Source of the DNA: Ignavibacteriota bacterium
GTDB taxonomy: Bacteria; Bacteroidota; Ignavibacteria; UBA10030
Assembly: GCA_963701295.1 (NCBI GenBank)
Contig: OY969585.1
Location: 1,568,001-1,632,000 of the forward strand
Reading direction: 5' to 3'
Length of the DNA stretch: 64,000 nucleotides
The stretch's first letter is position 1. Each line of letters begins with the position of its first letter. A program made the translations under genes and the position numbers. Of the stretch, positions 52,430 through 63,001 are shown in pieces. Under the pieces are notes generated by a model that had not been told where the DNA came from, did not search any database, and saw nothing but the letters and a program-made list of their open reading frames with translations.

Positions 52430-54028
52430 ATGCGATTTTTCCATTTACTTGGTTTTCGATTATTTCTCGGTATTGCAATAATCGTGCTCATTGGAACGAC
52501 GCTGTTCACAATGTTACTTGTGGACTGGCAATCTGGCAAGTATATAGCTTCTGCTAAACAGTCGGCAACGAATATCAGTGATCTTATTAGTCGATCCACC
52601 CGTTATAGCATGCTGCTCAACCGCCGGGAGGATATTTACGAAATTATAAAAACAATTGGAAATGAACCACGCATAGAAGGAATACGTATTATAAATAAAA
52701 AAGGGATGGTTACATTTTCAACACAAGAATCCGAAGTTGGGAAAAATATCGATATGACTGCCGAGGCGTGCATTGGTTGCCATGCAACAGGGAAGCCGGT
52801 TGTTCCGCAGAAAGATCCGACACTCAAGCGCATTTTCGATTCGCCGAAAGGATATCGTGTTATTGGGATCATCACTCCTATCCGAAATGATGCAAGTTGT
52901 TCCACAAATGATTGCCATGCGCATAGCCCTTCCCAAACCGTGCTCGGAATTCTTGATGTCATGCTCCCGCTTCAGGAAGTCGATCAGGATATTGTACAAT
53001 TTGAACGTACGCAAATTCTTGGATCGTTTTCACTTGTCGTTCTGCTCACTGGCTTCGTTACCATCTTCATCTGGAGGATGGTCAATATTCCTGTCAAGAG
53101 ACTTGTGATTGGGACTCAGGAAATCGTGAAAGGGAATCTCGATTATCGCATTGATGTCCAAACGAGTAATGAAATTGGATCACTAGGAATGTCCTTCAAT
53201 CAGATGACACAAGAGTTAAAACGCGCACGGGTAGAACTGACTGCTTGGACACAAACACTCGAACAGCGTGTTGCTGAGAAGACCGACGAGCTTCGCCGTG
53301 CACAAAAGCACATGGTACAAATTGAAAAGATGGTGTCACTTGGTACCCTTGCTGCTACTGTTGCGCATGAATTGAATAATCCTTTGGAAGGTATCCTTAC
53401 GTACGCCAAGTTGCTGCGGAAAAAAATAGAACGAGGAATTCCATCGGCGGAAGACACACAAGAAATGATCGGTGAGCTGACGCTCATTGCGGACGAGACG
53501 GCGCGTTGTGGCAACATCGTCAAGAATCTCTTGCTATTTTCACGGGAGAAAGTCGGCGAGTTTAAAGATTCCGATCTGCGGTTGATCATCGAGCGAAGTT
53601 TAAAGCTTATCGACCATCACTTGAAAATGAATAATATTATATCTGTCGTTGAGATGGGAGATAAACAGGTTGTTTTGTACTGCGATCCATATCAATTGGA
53701 AGAGGCGCTGCTTGCGCTTGAGATCAATGCTGTTGAGGCGATGACCGGCGGCGGTTCGTTCTACATCCGTGTAGAAGAAGTTGAATATCTTCATGCAGTT
53801 CAGATCACGGTGCGTGATACAGGGAGCGGAATTACTGAAGAAGATATGTCGCACATCTTCGAACCTTTTTATACAACAAAGAAAGAAGGTAAGGGTACTG
53901 GACTCGGCCTCTCGGTGGTCTATGGTATTATCGAGCGTCATAGCGGTTCAATATCTGTAGATTCAAAACAAGGCATGGGCACAACATTTACTATAACACT
54001 TCCACGACAAACTTTGCCGAATGGATAG
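52430..54028 (+). CDS. sensor histidine kinase with periplasmic CxxCH/CX4CH motifs, HAMP, HisKA and HATPase
   Basis: TM, CIGCH and CSTNDCH, TM, HAMP (EIGSLG.SFNQM), AHELNNPL, DTGSG, FEPFYTTK, GTGLGL. Confidence 0.93.
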   Translation: MRFFHLLGFRLFLGIAIIVLIGTTLFTMLLVDWQSGKYIASAKQSATNISDLISRSTRYSMLLNRREDIYEIIKTIGNEPRIEGIRIINKKGMVTFSTQESEVGKNIDMTAEACIGCHATGKPVVPQKDPTLKRIFDSPKGYRVIGIITPIRNDASCSTNDCHAHSPSQTVLGILDVMLPLQEVDQDIVQFERTQILGSFSLVVLLTGFVTIFIWRMVNIPVKRLVIGTQEIVKGNLDYRIDVQTSNEIGSLGMSFNQMTQELKRARVELTAWTQTLEQRVAEKTDELRRAQKHMVQIEKMVSLGTLAATVAHELNNPLEGILTYAKLLRKKIERGIPSAEDTQEMIGELTLIADETARCGNIVKNLLLFSREKVGEFKDSDLRLIIERSLKLIDHHLKMNNIISVVEMGDKQVVLYCDPYQLEEALLALEINAVEAMTGGGSFYIRVEEVEYLHAVQITVRDTGSGITEEDMSHIFEPFYTTKKEGKGTGLGLSVVYGIIERHSGSISVDSKQGMGTTFTITLPRQTLPNG

Positions 54029-54069
54029 ACACATAATGAAAAGAAGAATTCTATCAAGGGATATGAATT

Positions 54070-55425
54070 ATGACTGAAAAAAAGTCTACACCACAAAGCA
54101 TCATGATTGTTGATGACGAACTGATTGTCCGTGAATCACTTACGAAGTGGTTCCGCCAAGATGGGTACCACGTCGAATCAGCGGAAGATGCAAACCACGC
54201 ACTTAAATTAATGAATGAAGGTCTATGGGATCTGGCATTACTCGATATCAAGATGCCTGGAATGAGCGGGCTTGATCTTCAGAAACGCCTCAAGGAGATT
54301 AGCAAGAACACAAGTGTTATCATGATCACGGCATTCGCCTCAGTCGAGAGCGCTGTGCAGGCGCTCAAAGAAGGTGCGTTCGATTATGTCACCAAGCCCA
54401 TCGATCCGGAACATCTTTCGCATCTTGTTACAAATGCTCTTAAACAGAGAAAATTAGTAGAAGAAAATGTTCAACTTCGCGAACAGATTTCGGATATAGC
54501 CAAAGCAAACGAGATCGTTGGTGAAAGTCAGCAAGTCCAAAAAGTGGTAGAGCTGGCAAAGACCGTTTCCAAAACCGATACAACAGTGATGCTGCGCGGT
54601 GAAAGCGGGACCGGCAAGGAGCTGATTGCACGAGTCATTCACGCTAACAGCAGCCGTCGTTACTTTCCCATCATTGCCGTCGATTGCGGCGCAATGGCTG
54701 AAAGCCTTCTGGAGAGCGAGCTGTTTGGTCATGAGAAAGGTTCATTTACTGGCGCACAGTTTCGTAGAAAGGGAAAATTTGAATTGTCTGATGGTGGAAC
54801 AATCTTTCTCGATGAAATCGGAACAATAAGCCAGAAAATGCAAGTGGAGCTCTTGCGTGTTCTTGAGACAAAGCAATTCACGCGTGTCGGTGGAAATGAA
54901 GTCGTATCCAGCGATTTTCGCGTGGTCTGCGCTACGAATCGTGATCTCGAAGCCGCGATTAAGGAGGGATTGTTTCGTGAAGATCTCTATTATCGTCTAA
55001 ATGTTTTTACGATTGTGATTCCCCCGCTGCGTGAGCGCCGACAGGATATTCCATTACTTGCTGAGTATTTCTGCAATAAACATGCAGCCGCTATGCACAA
55101 AGCGGTCACCGAAATCAGTCCGAATGCAATGGATATTATGGTGCAGTATGATTGGCCGGGCAATGTACGGGAATTGGAAAATGTCATGGAACGTGCGATG
55201 GTGCTTGCAAAGCCGCCGGCAATTCAGCATACCGATTTACCTTTCCAGCTTGCATCAAAAGCGCATGGGCTGCAGGCAGATTCGATTGCAGCGATTGAAC
55301 GAGCCCACATCGAAATGATTCTGCACCGAAGCGGATGGAATATTTCACGGTCGGCGGATATTCTCGATATTGATCGCGTCACGTTGTACAATAAAATCTC
55401 CAAGTACGGTTTAAAGAGACCGTAG
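54070..55425 (+). CDS. sigma54-dependent (NtrC-family) response regulator
   Basis: Receiver, GESGTGKE, ESELFGHEKGSFTGA, FLDEI, FREDLYYRLNV, WPGNVREL, Fis-type HTH. Confidence 0.97.
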   Translation: MTEKKSTPQSIMIVDDELIVRESLTKWFRQDGYHVESAEDANHALKLMNEGLWDLALLDIKMPGMSGLDLQKRLKEISKNTSVIMITAFASVESAVQALKEGAFDYVTKPIDPEHLSHLVTNALKQRKLVEENVQLREQISDIAKANEIVGESQQVQKVVELAKTVSKTDTTVMLRGESGTGKELIARVIHANSSRRYFPIIAVDCGAMAESLLESELFGHEKGSFTGAQFRRKGKFELSDGGTIFLDEIGTISQKMQVELLRVLETKQFTRVGGNEVVSSDFRVVCATNRDLEAAIKEGLFREDLYYRLNVFTIVIPPLRERRQDIPLLAEYFCNKHAAAMHKAVTEISPNAMDIMVQYDWPGNVRELENVMERAMVLAKPPAIQHTDLPFQLASKAHGLQADSIAAIERAHIEMILHRSGWNISRSADILDIDRVTLYNKISKYGLKRP

Positions 55426-55428
55426 GCG

Positions 55429-55971
55429 ATGTCGTCGATTCTGATCGTTCCGATTCGGCCGGTCGATCATGCGGAATTAACCTCGCTCATCGCACCGTTA
55501 ATAAGTATATTTGAGCAATCGATTTCCATCGAAGAGTCGAGATACGTTGATCTGGCGTTCGCATTTGATTCGTACCGCAACCAATTCAATTCCACTTCCA
55601 TTATTGCAGCACTTCTCGAAACCTATACAACACATCAAGGGAAAATCATTGGGATAACAACGGTGGATCTTTTTGTACCTGTGCTTACGTATGTATTCGG
55701 AGAAGCCCAGCTAGATGGTAAAGCTGCTGTGCTTTCTTCGTTTCGGCTCAGAGAAGAACTCTTCGGATTGGATGCGAATCCCGAGTTAGAGCATATTCGT
55801 TTATTGAAAGAAGCTGTTCATGAGCTTGGCCATACTTTCGGACTTATTCACTGCCATAGACCGGCGTGCGTCATGCACTCCTCTACTTTAGCCGAAGAGA
55901 TCGATGTGAAAGGAAAGAATTTTTGTGAAGAGTGTGAGCAGACAATAAGGGAAGCAACAACGATGAGTTGA
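55429..55971 (+). CDS. archaemetzincin-family (M54) zinc metalloprotease
   Basis: DLF...YVFGEA, KEAVHELGHTFGLIHC, CVM Met-turn, FCEEC. Confidence 0.92.
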   Translation: MSSILIVPIRPVDHAELTSLIAPLISIFEQSISIEESRYVDLAFAFDSYRNQFNSTSIIAALLETYTTHQGKIIGITTVDLFVPVLTYVFGEAQLDGKAAVLSSFRLREELFGLDANPELEHIRLLKEAVHELGHTFGLIHCHRPACVMHSSTLAEEIDVKGKNFCEECEQTIREATTMS

Positions 55972-56015
55972 ATCTTATTGGACAACTTAATAACCTGTTC
56001 TATACATAAGACAAT

Positions 56016-56450
56016 TTATCGAGCGCCAGTAATATAATTTTCCAATTGCTTGATTGTGTCTTCATGCTGGGAAATGATGGCTTTCACGACATCTCCAATT
56101 GAAATCATGCCGACGAGTTTACCGTTTTCTAATACGGGGAGATGACGGATGTGTTTGCCCGTCATGAGGGCCATGCAATCTTCAATTGATTGATCTGGTG
56201 TTACAGAAATCACTCCAGAAGTCATGACATTTCGTATAGCAATATTATGAGAGGATTCTCCTTTTAACACGACCTTTCTTGCATAGTCCCGTTCTGAAAA
56301 GATTCCTATCAATTGATTGCCTTCGATCACTAAGAGTGCACCGACATTTTTATCAGCCATTACTTTCAGGGCATCAAATACCAAAGCATCCGGTGCGGTC
56401 GACCAGATATCATTACCTTTGGATTGCAACACACTTCTGACGGTTGTCAT
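56016..56450 (-). CDS. CBS-domain pair protein
   Basis: VGALLV, GIFSERDY, IRHLPV, ISIGDVVK; GAGGAG RBS before ATG 56450. Confidence 0.92.
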   Translation of the reverse strand: MTTVRSVLQSKGNDIWSTAPDALVFDALKVMADKNVGALLVIEGNQLIGIFSERDYARKVVLKGESSHNIAIRNVMTSGVISVTPDQSIEDCMALMTGKHIRHLPVLENGKLVGMISIGDVVKAIISQHEDTIKQLENYITGAR

Positions 56451-56609
56451 AATACGACTCCTCTCATTACCGTTTATCACTAAACACACCATGGATGGTA
56501 TTGATTCCCTCTATAAAATGTGAAAGTCTACGAAGAAAATCAATAAACAATATATCTTATGATTGTGCTTGTATAAGAAATGATGCTTTTATAAGTCTCC
56601 CATTGATTC

Positions 56610-57746
56610 TTAGAGAGTATCCAATGAGGTTACTAATTGATCTACACATTGTGTAACATCAAAGCGTTTAAGAGCGTCGGTTCGCGCTTCCGATGAAAAC
56701 GATGATCGTAGTTGCTTATCCTTGAGCAATTTCAAGATTGCTTCAGCAAGAGCGGGCACATTCTGCGGAGGAGTAAGAAGCCCAGTGGAGCCGTGTGTAA
56801 TAATTTCCGGTACACCTCCGGAGTTTGTTGCAACAATTGCTTTTCCCATCGCCAATGCTTCAACGAGAACAAAGCCAAATGTTTCGGCGTGGGAAGGGAG
56901 GACGAAGATATCGATAGCAGACATAAATTCAGGAACCGCGTCCGTAAATGGAAGAAACTGAACTTTGTCGTTCACTCCAAGTTCGATACTCAGATCTCTC
57001 AAGTTTTTTTTGAATCCATACTGCCCTTCAGTTTCATCTCCTGCGATAACGAAATGCAAATTAGTTTGATGTTTTAAAAGAATCGGAATAGCTCGAATGA
57101 ACTCCTCCTGTCCTTTTTGTAGGTCCAATCTACCTAATACACCAACAACAAGTTTTGATTGCGGAATGTCAAACTGTATTCTGGCTGTTTTTTGATCATA
57201 GAGACAGGGATTGAAGCGTTGCAAGTCTGTGCCAATGGGAATGACGTTAATTCGTCCCTGAGGCATGCGTGTATGCTCAATAACTTCCTGCTTCATCTTC
57301 TTTGTTAGAGTAATCCAGAGTGAAAGATGAGAGTACATCCATGTGTGGAGAATATCGCGTTTATTTATACCAAACTGCATTTCCTGGTAGAACACAGGTT
57401 TCGCATACGGATAGAGCACATGTGCGATTGTAACAATACTCATGTCTTTTGATTGCATTATAACAACGACGTCTATACGGTGGGATCGAAAAATGCGCGC
57501 TAAATGGATTGAAGCCGTAACATCGCCATATTTCAATTTTGTCTTTAAGAGTTCTACTTTAAGATCATATTGTCTAGCAAACTGTGCCAGCGATGTGTCC
57601 GGTGGCACGATGAGAAGGCAATCTGCCATTCGCTTTTTGAATTCAGATGCAAGTTTCAATATACTTAATTCTAATCCCCCAAAAGAGGAGGAGAAACAAA
57701 CAAAGGCGATGTTGCAGTTTTTTGAAAATGTTATCTCATCATTCAT
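56610..57746 (-). CDS. glycosyltransferase family 4
   Basis: FGGLE, GRLDLQKG, ETFGFVLVEALAMG, GGVPEI. Confidence 0.92.
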   Translation of the reverse strand: MNDEITFSKNCNIAFVCFSSSFGGLELSILKLASEFKKRMADCLLIVPPDTSLAQFARQYDLKVELLKTKLKYGDVTASIHLARIFRSHRIDVVVIMQSKDMSIVTIAHVLYPYAKPVFYQEMQFGINKRDILHTWMYSHLSLWITLTKKMKQEVIEHTRMPQGRINVIPIGTDLQRFNPCLYDQKTARIQFDIPQSKLVVGVLGRLDLQKGQEEFIRAIPILLKHQTNLHFVIAGDETEGQYGFKKNLRDLSIELGVNDKVQFLPFTDAVPEFMSAIDIFVLPSHAETFGFVLVEALAMGKAIVATNSGGVPEIITHGSTGLLTPPQNVPALAEAILKLLKDKQLRSSFSSEARTDALKRFDVTQCVDQLVTSLDTL

Positions 57747-58142
57747 TGAAGATTAGGATTTAATAAGATGCATTTATGTGAAGGTGCTCAGTTTCTGTTC
57801 ATCCAATAAAATGAAAATTTCCAAGACAAACATGACATTTCTTCCTTTTTCTGAGGAGGATAATGGAATATAGTTGAAAAGGATTAACTATTTCAGTATT
57901 CTTTTAAAGTGTTTTTTAATAAACTAAAACTTCGGTATACTTATTTATTAAGGTAATGAGTATTCTCTCCAAGAGGGATGGTAGAGAAAGAGCATGAAAA
58001 AACTTGTGGCAATCCGGGAGTCCTTTTCTGCAACAGAAGCAAAAAAGATATAAAATTACTGGATACGTACGAAATAAAATTCTTCAAAGAGAGCACGATG
58101 GTTGTTCGATTCCTCTTGTCAAGAATCTGATATTATCTTAGA

Positions 58143-61016
58143 GTGCTCTGCATAAAATTCGATCACAGACCCAAGTGCTATGAAAGGAGCGTAGAAGTCA
58201 TTCAGCCCATAATACCTACTCCATCATCAGGCAAAGTAGAACCGGAAATAAATTTCAATCGTATTGTATCAGTCTTCAGTACCATGACATTAGTGATTGG
58301 TGTCTTTGGATTATTGGGCTGGATACCATGGTTTCGTGTACTCACCGGTATTCATTTAGATTATGTTTCTATTGCACCAGTCTCATCGGCGGCTTTCCTC
58401 GTATTTGGACTTATCTTGCTTCTCCTCGTCCGTAAACAGTGCCACGATAGAAATAAAGTGATCGTATCGACTATCATAGCTTTCATATCTATCTATGGGC
58501 TTTTAGAGTTCATTGGATACTTTGCAGATGTTGATCTCACTTTTGATTCCGTTTTGTTCTCTGCTGCAGAAAAACTTGGTCCATTTGATGTCAAACGTAT
58601 GTCCCCCCTCGCCGGCATACTGTTCTTCTTTTCTGGGGTTTCTCTGCAGCTCAAAGTTTTTAGTGAGGATCGTTTAAAAATTCTAAACTTGGTCGGTGGA
58701 TATGGGCTGATAACTCTACTAGCAGGTTTTATAGCAACAATAGGATATTTGTTTGGAACTCCGCTCCTCTATGGCGGTACCATGATTCCATTAACAGTAA
58801 CAACCGCTATAGGATTTTTAATTTTGGGATGCGGGTTGGTGGCAATCGCAGGACTTAAAATGTTTTTTATACGACCCTTTGTTGGTTCGTCGGCAAGTGC
58901 AAGGATGCTTCAAGTTCTTGTTCCGTTGGTTGTCATAGCTATTCTCATTGAAGGATATCTCAACGAAGTGTTTGCAAAAGCATTGGACATCAACCAAGCA
59001 TTACTTTCTGCAGTTTTAAGCTTGGTTTTTGCAATAGTGACCGGTCTTCTTGTTGTTCAAATTGCACGAGCCGTATTTCGTAAAGCAGATAAAGTAGAGA
59101 TCGAACGTCGGCGGGTACAGCATGATCTCGAAGCTTCTGAGATTCGTTATCGTCGGCTCTTTGAATCGGCTAAGGATGGCATTCTCATTCTTGATGCAGC
59201 GACCGGAGAAGTAGTGGATGTCAACCCCTTTATGATCGAATTGCTGGGGTATCCGCATGAATTATTTTTAGGGAAGGCAATCTGGGAAATTGGACTTTTT
59301 AGAGATGTTGTAGCATCGAAAGAAGCTTTCTTAAAATTGCAAAGGAAAGGCTATATCCGTTATAAAGATCTGCCGATGGAAACAAGGGATGGCCGGAAGA
59401 TCTATATTGAATTTGTGAGTAATGTCTATCGAGTAAACAGCACGTCAGTCATCCAGTGTAATATCCGCGATATCACAGAACGCAAACGAGCGGAAGAATC
59501 TCTCATGCTGCAAAACGTTGCGTTGCAATCAGCGGCGAATGCAATTGTAATCACAGATCGAGCTGGAAAAATCATTTCAGTAAATCAGGCTTTTACTCAA
59601 TTAACAGGTTATTCTCAGGAAGATGTTATCGGCAATAAACCGAATATCCTCAAATCCGGCAGCCACACTGACTCCTTTTATCAAAATTTGTGGAAGACTA
59701 TTCTTTCCGAAGATGTATGGAAGGGAGAGATTGAGAATAGACGTAAAGACGGAAGTCTTTATACCGAAGAAATGACAATTACTCCAGTGCGTCAAGCGCA
59801 AGGGGAAATTTCACATTTCATTGCTATTAAGCAAGACATCACCGATAGAAAAAAGCTGCAACAGGAAATACTTCAATCCCAGAAAATACAAAGCATCGGT
59901 ACACTTGCTGGCGGCATCGCGCACGACTTCAACAATATCCTTGCTATCATTCTCATCTATGCTTCATTATTAGAGCGATCGGAAGATTCTAGTAAGGAAA
60001 AGATCCTGGAGAGCAGTCGTGCAATTGCTCGAGCAGTGGGTAGGGGCAAAGAACTTGTGCGTCAGATTCTCACATTCGCAAGAAAAACGGATGTCGTCTT
60101 CGAACCGATGAGTGTTGTTGATTTGATTCATGAACTTCTTTCTATGCTCAAAGTAACATTTCCCAAAGTTATCACATTTGTAGAGAAGATCGATGAAGAT
60201 GTTCCGTTCATCTTTGCTGATCGTGCACAAATCCATCAGGTGATATTGAATCTTTATGTCAATGCCCGTGATGCTATGCCGCATGGAGGGACAATCACGA
60301 TCAAGGTAGAAAAACGAATGAAGGACCATGTCCAAAAAAGGTTCCCTGCTGCCGAGCAAAATTCATATATCTGTATAAGTGTAACCGATACGGGCGAAGG
60401 AATAGACAAAGCAATAATTTCCCGGATCTTTGATCCATTCTTTACCACCAAGGAAATGGGAAAAGGAACAGGCCTTGGTTTGGCCGTTGTTTATGGTGTT
60501 CTACAATCCCATCACGGTTATGTCGATGTAGAGAGCGAACGAGAACTTGGCACAACTTTCCGGCTCTACTTTCCCATTCCCCTATTGAATGAACAAGTGA
60601 TTGCTGTTCCGTCTATGCCTGAATCTATTGTTGTCGGCGGTACAGAAACAATTTTATTCGTGGAGGATGAAGAACTTCTAATAGAGTCGGTGCGTCCATT
60701 GCTGAAATCAAAAGGATATAAGGTATATACAGCAGTGGATGGAATAGAGGCGATTAAGCTCTATGACCAACACAAACAGGAAATTGATCTTGTTATGACA
60801 GATATGGGCCTGCCAGGAATTACAGGTAAGGATGAATTCAAGATACTCAAAGAGATGAATCCTAGTGTCAAAGTCGTTCTCGCCAGCGGATTCTTCGAAC
60901 CCGAATTGAAATCCGAACTCTTGAAAGCTGGAGTTAAGGGGTTTATTCAGAAACCGTATATACCGGATGATATTTTACGGATTATTCGTGAAGCATTAGA
61001 TACAAAAAACGAATAA
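58143..61016 (+). CDS. membrane hybrid histidine kinase with two PAS domains and a receiver
   Basis: About 8 TM helices, two PAS/PAC domains, GGIAHDFNN, DPFFTTK, GTGLGL, C-terminal receiver. Start uncertain. Confidence 0.93.
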   Translation: MLCIKFDHRPKCYERSVEVIQPIIPTPSSGKVEPEINFNRIVSVFSTMTLVIGVFGLLGWIPWFRVLTGIHLDYVSIAPVSSAAFLVFGLILLLLVRKQCHDRNKVIVSTIIAFISIYGLLEFIGYFADVDLTFDSVLFSAAEKLGPFDVKRMSPLAGILFFFSGVSLQLKVFSEDRLKILNLVGGYGLITLLAGFIATIGYLFGTPLLYGGTMIPLTVTTAIGFLILGCGLVAIAGLKMFFIRPFVGSSASARMLQVLVPLVVIAILIEGYLNEVFAKALDINQALLSAVLSLVFAIVTGLLVVQIARAVFRKADKVEIERRRVQHDLEASEIRYRRLFESAKDGILILDAATGEVVDVNPFMIELLGYPHELFLGKAIWEIGLFRDVVASKEAFLKLQRKGYIRYKDLPMETRDGRKIYIEFVSNVYRVNSTSVIQCNIRDITERKRAEESLMLQNVALQSAANAIVITDRAGKIISVNQAFTQLTGYSQEDVIGNKPNILKSGSHTDSFYQNLWKTILSEDVWKGEIENRRKDGSLYTEEMTITPVRQAQGEISHFIAIKQDITDRKKLQQEILQSQKIQSIGTLAGGIAHDFNNILAIILIYASLLERSEDSSKEKILESSRAIARAVGRGKELVRQILTFARKTDVVFEPMSVVDLIHELLSMLKVTFPKVITFVEKIDEDVPFIFADRAQIHQVILNLYVNARDAMPHGGTITIKVEKRMKDHVQKRFPAAEQNSYICISVTDTGEGIDKAIISRIFDPFFTTKEMGKGTGLGLAVVYGVLQSHHGYVDVESERELGTTFRLYFPIPLLNEQVIAVPSMPESIVVGGTETILFVEDEELLIESVRPLLKSKGYKVYTAVDGIEAIKLYDQHKQEIDLVMTDMGLPGITGKDEFKILKEMNPSVKVVLASGFFEPELKSELLKAGVKGFIQKPYIPDDILRIIREALDTKNE

Positions 61017-61917
61017 ACAATTGATAGCACGAATACTGACACCTCCTCGATTGATAGGGAGTATTGACGATTTGAATAAGTGTTAGGAGACGATGAGGAG
61101 GTTTGAATGTGGGTCAGAAAGGTTTTTCTGACAGACATCATCAGGAGCAAATTCCTGCATAATAACAAGTCCTTCAACACAAACAGGTGTTCCTGAACAT
61201 TCTATATAACGCTTCTTTCTCCTAAAAAGGAATCCCTTTCTCAAACTTTCGGGCTATTCTTGCTTAAGAAAATCATCAAAAATCCTCTATATAAAACAGA
61301 TTGCGCTTGTTAAAAACAAGTCGAGATTTGTTCCAAAGTGGAAATTTTCATAGTTTGAACAAGAATTCTCGAGCTCAAAGAACACTCCTAGGAGTATAGT
61401 TTTGGGGCCTTCAACTTTCCCATAACTATTTCATACAAATGTACATACATTCGAGCTCGATGGTTCCTTGGAACAATGCGCTTGTAATGAGGTGTGCTGG
61501 TAACGATGCAGCAAAAATTTTAGGTTTACGAGTCCAATCTTCTGCCAGAATGCACGTTGAAGATTTCGATCACAAATCTAAGTGCTCGGGTAGGAGCACA
61601 GAAGTTATGAAATTCAATCCGCAAGGTGCAAAATTGTTCAATCTCTTTTTTTATCCACATCCAAAATATTTTAAAAACCAAATATTTTTTCCATCACTCT
61701 CGGTGAAAATGCCACGTTTATGTCTAAAGTTATGCCTGTGTCGTCAGGACTACTGTTTTGTGTTGTCAAATCATTCTTTCCGTACTGTCTGGACTTTCAT
61801 CCTAGCAGATGCAGAGCGAATTTTGAGCAGGTACGAAGGAACGACAGGAGGTAACTCCCGGCGTCACCTTCATACAATAGTCCCATGTTCTTGGAGCTGA
61901 ATATAGAAGGAGTCCTC

Positions 61918-62475
61918 ATGATAAAATTTATACGTTCAATACCAGAGTATGCGACGGCATTCTTCGCAAGGTACCCTGCAGTGCTTTCGGGATATATTAT
62001 ATATTGTTACTTATTTATTTCTATTATGCGTCTGTTTTATAGAGTGAAACATCATGGTGCAACGTTATACGAAGCCTATGATATTTTCAGCGCACTGCCA
62101 TTCATGTGGCTCTTGGCAGTCAGTTTGGTGAAAGTGATTGAGTATCGTACAAAACTTCATCAAAACGAAACACAACAGTTAGCGCATGAGAGAGAATTAC
62201 AAATGAAAGATACTCAACTGAAAACCATGCATGAAGTTGTAAAGGGTTTGCAACATCAGATCAATAATCCGCTTGCTATCATTGCTCTCTTAATTAGTAA
62301 AACAAAAAAATCAGTAAAGGATAATCAAGACGCAATTAAGAATATTGAGTCCATCGAACATTCCGCCAATAGTATTGCCCAGGCGCTCGAAGACTTTAAA
62401 CGGGCAGAGATCTATAAAACTGACAACATTGGCTCGCTGGAGGGAAAGATCGCTACAATTCCCAAAGAACAATAG
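61918..62475 (+). CDS. two-TM protein ending in a HisKA dimerisation domain with no ATPase domain
   Basis: AAGGAG RBS; two TM helices, coiled coil, LQHQINNPLAII H-box, stop shortly after. Confidence 0.75.
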   Translation: MIKFIRSIPEYATAFFARYPAVLSGYIIYCYLFISIMRLFYRVKHHGATLYEAYDIFSALPFMWLLAVSLVKVIEYRTKLHQNETQQLAHERELQMKDTQLKTMHEVVKGLQHQINNPLAIIALLISKTKKSVKDNQDAIKNIESIEHSANSIAQALEDFKRAEIYKTDNIGSLEGKIATIPKEQ

Positions 62476-62611
62476 TAAAAAATATGTGTTAGGAAGTAAT
62501 TCTTGACATCTTCAACACGTGCCGCCATGACTTTCATCCTGACGGTAGTAAGGAAGTACAAAATAAATTGAAGACAACCTCAAAACTTGTTCTGGGGTTA
62601 TATATCATAAT

Positions 62612-63001
62612 ATGAAAGGCAGTCGCACTATGGCAAAAATATTAGTTGTTGACGATGAAAAAGATGCACTCACTGCAATTGAAGCAGTACTCTCCTCGGA
62701 AGGACATAAGATTATTCTAGCGGAAGACGGTGTACGAGCATTAGAGTCTGTCAGCACTCATCCACCTGATGTGATTGTCTGTGATATAGAAATGCCGAAG
62801 CTCAAAGGATTCGATGTTCTTGCTGAACTGCGGAAGGACCCGGTTACCTCAAAAATTCCAATTATTTTTTTGACTGGCAGAACCGATATCACAGCTTTGG
62901 TTCAGTCGATGGAGCTGAATGTCAATGATTTTCTCACAAAACCATATACTGTGCAAGATTTGATTGCGGCAGTGAATATCCAATTAAAAAAAATCGTATA
63001 A
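62612..63001 (+). CDS. single-domain response regulator
   Basis: ILVVDDE, CDIEMP, FLT, FLTKPY; likely start at 62630. Confidence 0.92.
   Translation: MKGSRTMAKILVVDDEKDALTAIEAVLSSEGHKIILAEDGVRALESVSTHPPDVIVCDIEMPKLKGFDVLAELRKDPVTSKIPIIFLTGRTDITALVQSMELNVNDFLTKPYTVQDLIAAVNIQLKKIV

Noticed and set aside
61439-61900. 153-aa ORF upstream of the HisKA-only gene
   Set aside because: No recognisable motifs, atypical composition and no clear RBS.
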